A stretch of 64,000 bases of DNA from a virus (Duplodnaviria > Caudoviricetes). Of this stretch, positions 9,949 through 17,717 are shown piece after piece. The stretch is taken from the IMG/VR virus record IMGVR_UViG_3300009183_004565. One strand, written 5' to 3'. The notes below the pieces were generated by a model. The model ran no database searches. It saw only the letters and a list, made by a program, of their open reading frames with translations, and had not been told where the DNA came from. Made by a program: the position numbers and the translations under genes. Position 1 is the first letter of the stretch; each line of letters begins with the position of its first letter.

Positions 9949-10522
9949 TCGCATATTGGAGTTTGAACAAGCACTGGCCGAATACACAGGTGCGCCATAC
10001 GCAATCATGACTGATTGTTGTACTCATGCTATTGAGTTGTGTCTAAGATTTCAAAAGCCCACTCATTGTGCATTTACTGCTTTTACCTATCTGTCTGTGC
10101 CAATGACCATGCACAAACTAGGAATTGAGTACAGATTGATTCCCGAAGTATGGACTGGCGAATATCAATTCCACGGAACCACAATTTGGGATAGCGCACG
10201 TAGGCTAGAGCGAGGAATGTATCGAGCAGGACAGATGCAATGTCTCAGCTTCGGTTACACTAAGCCTTTACAAATAGGCCGTGGTGGTGCTATACTGTTA
10301 GACAATGAACAAGCATACAACACTATAACGGAACAACGATATGATGGGCGCAAATTATCAGTTACACCCTGGCAGGAACAAAAAACCTTCATGGTGGGCT
10401 ATCATTATAGACCGACTCCGGAAGAAGCTGCGATTGGATTAATAAAATTGCGCGATGTTAATGAACTGCCTAAATATCACGAATATCCTGATCTAAGAGA
10501 TATTAAAATTATTGGAGAATAA
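9938..10522 (+). CDS. Compact DegT/DnrJ/EryC1/StrS-family PLP aminotransferase-like protein
   Basis: FEQALAEYTG, TDCCTHAIEL, WDSA, SFGYTKPLQIGRGG (PLP lysine). Only ~195 aa. GTG at 9938 is the likely start. Confidence 0.7.
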   Translation: MSFDRILEFEQALAEYTGAPYAIMTDCCTHAIELCLRFQKPTHCAFTAFTYLSVPMTMHKLGIEYRLIPEVWTGEYQFHGTTIWDSARRLERGMYRAGQMQCLSFGYTKPLQIGRGGAILLDNEQAYNTITEQRYDGRKLSVTPWQEQKTFMVGYHYRPTPEEAAIGLIKLRDVNELPKYHEYPDLRDIKIIGE

Positions 10523-11354
10523 GTTGACCACAAAAGAATTTACACCAAATCCAGTATTAAACGAAACACCTGATAAAGAATTTGTTCCTATGGAACTGGA
10601 ATCTATGTATGTGGCTTTACCACAAAAGGTATATGTGAAAGCTGGCGAAGCTGCTGCCGCTAAACAATCATATTTGTCGGATGCTATTCGTGCCAGGATG
10701 AAACGTGACGGTAAAAGATACTGGGCAGGAGATAACATCAGTGACTATCTAGCGGACAGTGACAAAGAACATCTAATCAGCGAAGCCGCAGAAGCATTTG
10801 AACTAGTACTAGACCGTTTGCTGATTGATCGCGAAAATGATCCTAACAGTCGAGGTACAGCACGACGCCTGGCTAAAATGTACTTCAACGAAATAATGGC
10901 AGGTAGATATGAAACGGCACCAGACGCAACGGCTTTTCCAAATGATTCGGAGGAAAGATATGAAGGTATGCTTGTGGTTAGAAGTGAACTTCGCAGTATG
11001 TGTAGCCATCATCACCAGCCCGTTACTGGTGTTGCTTATATTGGTATTATCGCCGCTAATAAACTTATCGGTCTTAGTAAGTATACTCGTATTGCTCAGT
11101 GGTGCGCTCGTCGTGGCACACTACAAGAAGAGCTGTGTAATGATATCGCTAGAGAGATTATGAAGGCCACTGATGCTAAAGATGTAGCAGTATATGTACA
11201 AGCGATACATGGATGTTGCGAAAATCGCGGCATTATGGCACATAGTTCGTTAACTCAAACTACAGTATTAAAGGGAACATTCAAAGATGATCCTCATACT
11301 AAGAAGGAATTCTTCGACAACATTAAACTACAACAAGAATTTGCACCAAGGTAA
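10512..11354 (+). CDS. folE: GTP cyclohydrolase I
   Basis: TARRLAKMY, SMCSHH, GLSKYTRIAQWCARRGTLQEEL, HGCCENRG. Confidence 0.93.
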   Translation: MENKLTTKEFTPNPVLNETPDKEFVPMELESMYVALPQKVYVKAGEAAAAKQSYLSDAIRARMKRDGKRYWAGDNISDYLADSDKEHLISEAAEAFELVLDRLLIDRENDPNSRGTARRLAKMYFNEIMAGRYETAPDATAFPNDSEERYEGMLVVRSELRSMCSHHHQPVTGVAYIGIIAANKLIGLSKYTRIAQWCARRGTLQEELCNDIAREIMKATDAKDVAVYVQAIHGCCENRGIMAHSSLTQTTVLKGTFKDDPHTKKEFFDNIKLQQEFAPR

Positions 11355-11394
11355 TTTGCTCCAACCGCCTTAAATATAAGGTAAAGGAGCAAAA

Positions 11395-11724
11395 ATGTCA
11401 GACGAACAAGAAGAGTTTAAAAAAAAATTACAAGCCCTAAAGCCCAAAAAAAAGAAGTTAGCCGTTCCTGAAGGTTTCTTAGACGATGCTAAAAGTTACG
11501 AAGGCAAATTAGAAGCTGTTAAAATAATCTCAGAGCGAGAAAAAGATCGAGTTATTTTGATATTTAAAAAAATGATTGCACAAGGTAAAGAAGATGCAAT
11601 ACGTATTGAACGAGAAAAACTAGAAGCTAAACGAGCAGCTGAAGCTAAAGAAGCATTAGAAAGAGCAGCAAAGATAGCAAAAGAAAAGTTAGCCAAAAAA
11701 TCATTATTTGGTAAAAAGAAGTAA
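11395..11724 (+). CDS. Basic coiled-coil hypothetical protein
   Basis: AGGAG RBS, K/E/A-rich helical sequence; preceded by TTAAATA box at 11370-11376. Confidence 0.55.
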   Translation: MSDEQEEFKKKLQALKPKKKKLAVPEGFLDDAKSYEGKLEAVKIISEREKDRVILIFKKMIAQGKEDAIRIEREKLEAKRAAEAKEALERAAKIAKEKLAKKSLFGKKK

Positions 11725-11742
11725 ATTCAATTAATCAAGGAG

Positions 11743-11937
11743 ATGTATATGAAACTCAACGACAAGCTAGTAAAATGCAACGATCATTTTACTGTCTATA
11801 TGTACGACAATGGCTATATGGTTGAAATTGGTGGACGTGACGACAACGACGAATGGGTTACTGCCAAAGTTCTTTGCACAGATTTTAAAGAACTAACCAA
11901 TCTTATCGAAGAAGCTACCATAATGGAACGTGACTAA
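11743..11937 (+). CDS. Hypothetical protein
   Basis: AGGAG RBS, 64 aa ORF. Confidence 0.55.
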   Translation: MYMKLNDKLVKCNDHFTVYMYDNGYMVEIGGRDDNDEWVTAKVLCTDFKELTNLIEEATIMERD

Positions 11938-12470
11938 TGAAAAAGTTAATTATCTCGGATGCTGAATTTAAAAAATTAGTTCACAAGCTCTGCAGAGATA
12001 TTGCCAATAGCGATTGGCGACCTGACTATGTTGTAGGTTTAACTCGTGGTGGACTTACTGCTGCTGCCATGATCAGTCATTATTTTGATGTTCCTATGGA
12101 AACATTGAAGCCAAGATCGGAAAGCAATTGCTGGATGGCTGAAGATGCATTTGGATATATTCCAGACGGTCCGCTACGTGAAGGCATAGATAAACGCAGT
12201 GACGCTACATTTAAAAAGAAAATTCTTGTTGTCGATGACATTAACGATACCGGTTCTACACTTGAATGGATACGTGAAGATTGGCAATCAAGTTGTTTGC
12301 CCAACGACGAATCTTGGAAATATGTATGGAACAAGAACGTGCGTTTTGCTGTATTAATCAATAACGAATCCAGTAACTATGAGCATGTGGATTATTCAGG
12401 TCGTAACATTAATAAACTTGATGATCCGTGTTGGGTAGTGTTCCCCTGGGAAAATTGGTGGGAGGCATGA
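11937..12470 (+). CDS. Type I phosphoribosyltransferase (xanthine/guanine PRT-like)
   Basis: VVGLTRGG, PRPP loop ILVVDDINDTGSTL, C-terminal WVVFPWE. Confidence 0.85.
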   Translation: MKKLIISDAEFKKLVHKLCRDIANSDWRPDYVVGLTRGGLTAAAMISHYFDVPMETLKPRSESNCWMAEDAFGYIPDGPLREGIDKRSDATFKKKILVVDDINDTGSTLEWIREDWQSSCLPNDESWKYVWNKNVRFAVLINNESSNYEHVDYSGRNINKLDDPCWVVFPWENWWEA

Positions 12471-12805
12471 TTGCCTTACCGCCAGGCTGTACTGTTACCT
12501 ATGCTGTTTGGGTCGATGTAAATCGACTCACCAACGAAATGGTTGAATGGTATCGTCAAGTTGATGGCAAGGTTTACGAAGATCGTTGGTATGATACTCG
12601 AGGTAGAGAACAAACAGTAAACTACGTGAGTTATGGCAAGAGCAAACGATGCCATCATCATCACAACGGTCAAGGTGGTACTAGGTTACACTTCCACGGT
12701 GATGATGCTAGTGCGGCCAGTATGTTTATATTAAAGTTTTTCAATCACGTAACTAGTAATAATTTACAAGACGTAATGGAACGTCATGCTCACGAGGTTG
12801 ACTAA
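12467..12805 (+). CDS. Hypothetical protein
   Basis: GGAGG RBS then ATG 12467 overlapping the PRT stop. Confidence 0.55.
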   Translation: MIALPPGCTVTYAVWVDVNRLTNEMVEWYRQVDGKVYEDRWYDTRGREQTVNYVSYGKSKRCHHHHNGQGGTRLHFHGDDASAASMFILKFFNHVTSNNLQDVMERHAHEVD

Positions 12806-12812
12806 GTAAATT

Positions 12813-13382
12813 ATGATCAATGTAGGAATATATCTAGAATCTAAGCCATTTAATGATAATTGGCCAAAAATTAAAATCTATCATAACAATAGTCTACTCG
12901 ACGATGTAATTTGTCATCAGTCACTAGAGTTACATTATCAAATTAAACCTAGCGTTGATAACCTTCTCTCAATTGAGATGTACGGAAAAAGATTCGGCGA
13001 TGGCGGAATATATGATGTGGACAGTAACGGACAAGGACAAGAAATTCAAATTAAAGATATTACTTTTGATGATGTGTCAATTGATCACTTGTTGTCAAAA
13101 GTTGAATTTGAAACCCACTGGACTGAACACCAGCTTTCTTCACACAACGAAGAATTTAGATCTAAATATAATAGATATCAATCCAACGGTATGATAGTCT
13201 TTAACGGAAGACTGAATTTTAATTTTTCAACTCCTATATATGATTTTTTAATTGATAAAAAGTATAAAGTTGATCATAACAAAGACATTGCTTATTTTAG
13301 TAACAGCACGGAACTATTTAATTTTCATCTTGGATTAAGTAAATTAGAAGAAATTAAAAAAATTATTACAGAAAATGAATAA
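12813..13382 (+). CDS. Hypothetical protein (predicted beta-rich), partner of the B12 radical SAM gene
   Basis: 189 aa ORF overlapping the next gene; AT-rich like it. Confidence 0.55.
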   Translation: MINVGIYLESKPFNDNWPKIKIYHNNSLLDDVICHQSLELHYQIKPSVDNLLSIEMYGKRFGDGGIYDVDSNGQGQEIQIKDITFDDVSIDHLLSKVEFETHWTEHQLSSHNEEFRSKYNRYQSNGMIVFNGRLNFNFSTPIYDFLIDKKYKVDHNKDIAYFSNSTELFNFHLGLSKLEEIKKIITENE

Positions 13383-14880
13383 AAAAGTTTTAGTATTATC
13401 AGTTCCGCGACTCGAACCACATCGCCCCCCAATTAGTGCTACTCTTGTTGCTACTGTATGCAAAAATCACGGTTGTGATGTTAAGTTACGAGATCTAAAT
13501 ATTGAATTTTATCATTATTGTAAATTAAATAATATAGAATATCAAAAATTTGATCCAATTTGGGATAGATATGTAGAACCATCAAATTTAGAACTATCAC
13601 ATATACACACTCATATAGATAATTTTATTGCAACTGAAGATTTGCATTCTTACGATATCATTATGATCAGTGTATTTGGCTCAAGTAGCCATTACTTCAC
13701 TGAAATGTTATTAAAAAAAATTGCAGTAGATAGATCTTATAAAATTTTATTAGGTGGTTCGGGAGCATTTGTGTCTATTATGAATCGTGGGCATAATTCT
13801 TTTGTTGTGGAGATGCAAAAACAAAATCTAATAGACGATTTTATAAAAGGCGAGTGCGAAGAATCCTTAAAATATTATTTAGACGGTAAAGAATATCCAG
13901 GAATTAATAACTATGATCCTGTGCAGATTGATGATTTAGATTCATTACCGTTAATTGATTATAGTTTTGTTGACTTAGATGCTTATGAATATCTCACTGA
14001 AACTAAAGATGTTTATGTAGAAGGTAGTAGGGGATGTGTACGTAAATGTACTTATTGTGATGTTCAGAAATTTTGGCCAAAATATCGTTTCAGAAGTGGT
14101 CAGCATATTGCACACGAGCTTATTAACAATTACGAAAAATTTGGCATTAAAAAATTTTACTTTACTGATAGCTTAGTTAACGGAAGTTTAAAATCATTCA
14201 ATCAGATGTGCGATATTCTTGCTAATTACCCATATAGCAAAGAAATTAGCTGGGGAGGACAATTTATTTTCAGAAATGAAAGAACTGTGCCACCGGAGCA
14301 TTTTGAAATGATCGCTAAGGCCGGCGGTACTAATACTTTTTACGTAGGAATAGAAACTGGCAGTGATCAAGTTAGAAAACAAATGGGTAAAAATTTTACC
14401 AACGAAGATATTAGTTATCAACTTGAAGAATTTAAAAAGAATAAATTGAAATGTACTTTTTTAATGTTTCCTGGCTATATTACAGAAACTGAAAAGGATC
14501 ATCAAGACACATTAGATATGTTTTTAAGATGGCAAAAGTATGTAGCCAGTGGAACTATCAATGGTTTAGAATTAGGTAGTCCTTTGATAGTTCTCGAAGG
14601 AACCCCACTAGCTAGTATGATTGATGAGTATCAAATTGCATTTTTAGAGAGTGATAGAATTACTACTGGTAATTTCTGGGTATCAAAATTAAATCCAAGT
14701 TTTGATTTTGAGCAGCGAGCTATTAGGCAAATCAGACTATACGAAGAAGCTGCAAAATATAAATGGCCTATTTGGAGATTTGAATCAAGAGCTGAAGAAT
14801 TAAAACAAACTCTAATTAGATTTTATGAAATAAAAGAAAAAAATCCAACATATAAGATAACACCAATTAAAATTAATTAA
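13375..14880 (+). CDS. Cobalamin-binding-domain radical SAM enzyme (class B methyltransferase-like)
   Basis: N-terminal PPIS...DLN B12-binding-type region; EGSRGCVRKCTYCD (CxxxCxxC), FTDSLVNG, GIETGS, PGYITET. Confidence 0.8.
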   Translation: MNKKVLVLSVPRLEPHRPPISATLVATVCKNHGCDVKLRDLNIEFYHYCKLNNIEYQKFDPIWDRYVEPSNLELSHIHTHIDNFIATEDLHSYDIIMISVFGSSSHYFTEMLLKKIAVDRSYKILLGGSGAFVSIMNRGHNSFVVEMQKQNLIDDFIKGECEESLKYYLDGKEYPGINNYDPVQIDDLDSLPLIDYSFVDLDAYEYLTETKDVYVEGSRGCVRKCTYCDVQKFWPKYRFRSGQHIAHELINNYEKFGIKKFYFTDSLVNGSLKSFNQMCDILANYPYSKEISWGGQFIFRNERTVPPEHFEMIAKAGGTNTFYVGIETGSDQVRKQMGKNFTNEDISYQLEEFKKNKLKCTFLMFPGYITETEKDHQDTLDMFLRWQKYVASGTINGLELGSPLIVLEGTPLASMIDEYQIAFLESDRITTGNFWVSKLNPSFDFEQRAIRQIRLYEEAAKYKWPIWRFESRAEELKQTLIRFYEIKEKNPTYKITPIKIN

Positions 14881-14973
14881 TAAATACTGTTCTACACAGC
14901 GGCCTTTCTGGCATTCATCCCGCTTTACAAATTCTGCAAGCCTATGCTAAAATCTTAACATAGGAGAAAAACA
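14880..14973 (+). promoter_or_regulatory. Late-promoter-like box plus structured 5' leader of queD (candidate preQ1-I-like riboswitch)
   Basis: ATAAATA at 14880-14886. Stem AGCGG (14898-14902)/CCGCT (14920-14924) encloses GCC-TTTCT-GGC, then an A-rich linker. CCTATG (14941-14946)/CATAGG (14959-14964) overlaps the AGGAG RBS. Confidence 0.5.
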
Positions 14974-15471
14974 ATGCAACCTGTTGTATATAAATTTACT
15001 AGTACCAAAGAGTATCACGACGCCTTTCCTTGCGCTTACCGGCAATGGCGTGCCGATAGTCATTGTAATCTAATACACGGCTATTCATTTAGTATGAAGT
15101 TCTACTTTGGTACTAACGACTTAGACGTTCGTAATTGGGCAGCTGACTACGGTGGACTTAAAGAACTTAAAAAGATTCTTGAAGATCAATTTGACCACAC
15201 ATTAATTGTAGCCGAGGACGATCCCGAACTTGCAACATTTAAGTTGTTACAAGAACGGAACATGGCCAAGATTGTCATACTACCACGTTTAGGCTGTGAA
15301 GGCCTAGCTGACTCGCTGTACAAATATGTGAATGGTGTTTATATTCCTGATATGTGGGGACCTAGTGAAGCTGAACGCTTATGGTGTTATCGTGTAGAGG
15401 TTAGAGAGACACAAGCAAACATGGCGTACCGAGAAGGTCACCGTGAATGGAACGAGGATCTGTTTGCGTAA
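14974..15471 (+). CDS. queD: 6-carboxy-5,6,7,8-tetrahydropterin synthase
   Basis: HCNLIHGYSF (CxxxHG), DYGGLKELKKILEDQFDH, GCEGLA, VEVRET. Confidence 0.88.
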   Translation: MQPVVYKFTSTKEYHDAFPCAYRQWRADSHCNLIHGYSFSMKFYFGTNDLDVRNWAADYGGLKELKKILEDQFDHTLIVAEDDPELATFKLLQERNMAKIVILPRLGCEGLADSLYKYVNGVYIPDMWGPSEAERLWCYRVEVRETQANMAYREGHREWNEDLFA

Positions 15472-16285
15472 GTTCGTTATACGATGTGCCCGGAATCCGG
15501 ATGGTCAAGAATTCTTAGACTTAGAATTCAATATTCGTCCGGGCTCTTACTCCGGCAAATGGATAGACTGCATACGTAGTGTGGAACACTTACCTCCACA
15601 TCAATACGGATTTCCCAAATGGCTAGAACACGATGCCGGTGTATACGAGCAACGTATTGCAGATGCATTAAACAACAACACAGATATACAAGAGTTTTTA
15701 TTAGACTCTAACATTGATAGAACCGTGATCAATCAAGACTTGGTCAATGCTGTCCATAGATATATTGAGCACAATCATCAACATGCCGCCGAACATCTTG
15801 TGTTACACAATGACATACATTACTTAGAAAGTATTTGGGAAGGTGCAACTGATGTTGTGTTCAAGAAGTTACAGTGGGTACCACCAGGGCTAATAATTGA
15901 CATGACCTTGGATGACTATAAAGAATTTACTACAGAACCATGCACTAACTTTATACAAGACGATTTTAGTCATGTAGGACGTAGTCCACATAACAGTTAC
16001 CTATATCAAGATGACTCCAGTCTGTACACTAGTTGTGTTATACAACATAAAGTTGGTTCAGGTGCTAAATGGTTTATTCCTGATGATAGTCATATCTTTA
16101 AGGACGAACGTGGATTCAGATCGTGGGTCAGTGAACATCAAGCGTTTTTTAAAAAGCAATGGGCGATAGAAACTAATAACGATCCTAGGCTTTGTTTTGG
16201 CCGTATTATTATTGCCGAAGGTGTGGAAGATTATAGTCGGATTGATAGGACATTTGACTTCGTAGTAAAAGCTTTTATTATCTAA
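15443..16285 (+). CDS. Hypothetical protein, His/Glu-motif family (paralogue of 45334-46458 and 47697-48488)
   Basis: VHRYIE...IHYLE; SHVGRSP; FRSW...DPRLCFGRIII shared with the two paralogues. Confidence 0.6.
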   Translation: MNGTRICLRKFVIRCARNPDGQEFLDLEFNIRPGSYSGKWIDCIRSVEHLPPHQYGFPKWLEHDAGVYEQRIADALNNNTDIQEFLLDSNIDRTVINQDLVNAVHRYIEHNHQHAAEHLVLHNDIHYLESIWEGATDVVFKKLQWVPPGLIIDMTLDDYKEFTTEPCTNFIQDDFSHVGRSPHNSYLYQDDSSLYTSCVIQHKVGSGAKWFIPDDSHIFKDERGFRSWVSEHQAFFKKQWAIETNNDPRLCFGRIIIAEGVEDYSRIDRTFDFVVKAFII

Positions 16286-16306
16286 ATATTTGTAGTATAA
16301 TACATT

Positions 16307-17149
16307 ATGTCAAAAATTAAAATTGCAGAGCTGTTTTACAGCATACAAGGAGAAGGTCGTTACATGGGTGTGCCTAGTGTGTTCTTGCGAACATTTGGGT
16401 GTAACTTTAAATGTGCCGGCTTTGGTATGCCTCGAGGACAATTAAGTACAGAGGCAGATTTGGTTGATCCGGAAAAATATAAATTCTACGATAAACTACC
16501 TTTAGTTAGCACAGGTTGCGATAGTTACGCTAGTTGGGATCCAAGATTTAAAGATCTTAGTCCCATGCTCGAAAGCGATGCTATTGCGGATCGTATCATG
16601 GAGATATTGCCTTTTAACGAGTGGCGAGATGAACACTTGGTTATTACAGGTGGAGAACCTTTACTAGGGTGGCAACGTGCTTATCCGGACTTGTTAAATC
16701 ATCCTCGGATGGCAGGACTTAAAGAAATTACCTTTGAAACTAATGGTACTCAAAAGCTAACTCCAGAATTTAAACATTATTTAGGAGAGTGGACTGCTGA
16801 AAACTGGGATAGAGAAGTTACATTTAGTGTAAGTGCTAAACTAAGTTGTAGCGGCGAAAGTAGAGAAGAAGCACTACAACCAGAAGTTGTTTGCGAATAT
16901 CAATCTGTAGGAAATACCTATCTTAAATTTGTTGTAGCAACAGACGACGATGTAGAAGAAGCATTATGGACCGTACAAGTTTATAGACAAGCAGGATTTA
17001 CAGGGCATGTATATCTGATGCCCACAGGTGGTGTTGAGAGTGTGTATGCATTAAACAATCGTCGTGTAGCAGAACTTGCTATGAAACACGGATTAAGATA
17101 CAGCGATAGATTACAAGTACCGCTATTTAAAAATGAATGGGGTACTTAA
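16307..17149 (+). CDS. queE: 7-carboxy-7-deazaguanine synthase (radical SAM)
   Basis: ELFYSIQGEGRYMGVPSVFLRTFGCNFKC...CDS, ITGGEP, FETNGT, SVSAKL. Confidence 0.92.
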   Translation: MSKIKIAELFYSIQGEGRYMGVPSVFLRTFGCNFKCAGFGMPRGQLSTEADLVDPEKYKFYDKLPLVSTGCDSYASWDPRFKDLSPMLESDAIADRIMEILPFNEWRDEHLVITGGEPLLGWQRAYPDLLNHPRMAGLKEITFETNGTQKLTPEFKHYLGEWTAENWDREVTFSVSAKLSCSGESREEALQPEVVCEYQSVGNTYLKFVVATDDDVEEALWTVQVYRQAGFTGHVYLMPTGGVESVYALNNRRVAELAMKHGLRYSDRLQVPLFKNEWGT

Positions 17150-17322
17150 TGGAATCGCATAAAAGAACTATAGCAAGATCAATAGTGTGGAGGATCATTG
17201 CTACGCTAGTAACCGCTATATGGGCAGGATGGTCTGGTGCTATTCTTGCTAACATTGTTTTGACAGTACTACATTACATACATGAGCGTGTATGGTTAAA
17301 AATTAAATGGGGAAGAGAATGA
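17149..17322 (+). CDS. DUF2061-like small membrane protein
   Basis: ESHKRTIARSIVWRIIAT...HYIHERVWLKIKWG; ATG overlaps the queE stop. Confidence 0.7.
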   Translation: MESHKRTIARSIVWRIIATLVTAIWAGWSGAILANIVLTVLHYIHERVWLKIKWGRE

Positions 17323-17717
17323 TTTTTGATTGGCTAACACGTAAACCTAAACAAGAACCTAAAGAAGAGAAACCCAAGACACATAAGATTAAGGCAAAGA
17401 CTGCTAAAGAACTCGCAACAGAAGCGGGTGAACCTTATGTGAGTGTGGTCACTGTGGAACTAGATCCTGATGATGTAGGCAATGGTGCATTTGAATTAGA
17501 CTGGAATGAAATTTTTATTGCACGATTAGTAAAGGCCGGGTTCCAGCAGAAAAAAGATGATACTGATGCTGATATTGTGGATCGTTGGTTTCAAACAGTA
17601 TGTAAAAATATCATTGCAGAAAACTACGAACAATGGGAAGTTAATCAACCGTTAGATGCTCGACCACGTATGGTTGATCGAAGAGACCTTGGCGGAGGAA
17701 GAACCGAAGTCTCATGA
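17319..17717 (+). CDS. Hypothetical protein
   Basis: Clean ORF overlapping both neighbours. Confidence 0.6.
   Translation: MIFDWLTRKPKQEPKEEKPKTHKIKAKTAKELATEAGEPYVSVVTVELDPDDVGNGAFELDWNEIFIARLVKAGFQQKKDDTDADIVDRWFQTVCKNIIAENYEQWEVNQPLDARPRMVDRRDLGGGRTEVS

Noticed and set aside
2992-17149. Possible queC, queF or arcS gene in the deazaguanine locus
   Set aside because: No ORF with a PP-loop SGGxDS motif or a QueF/ArcS signature was seen; such a gene could lie outside the window
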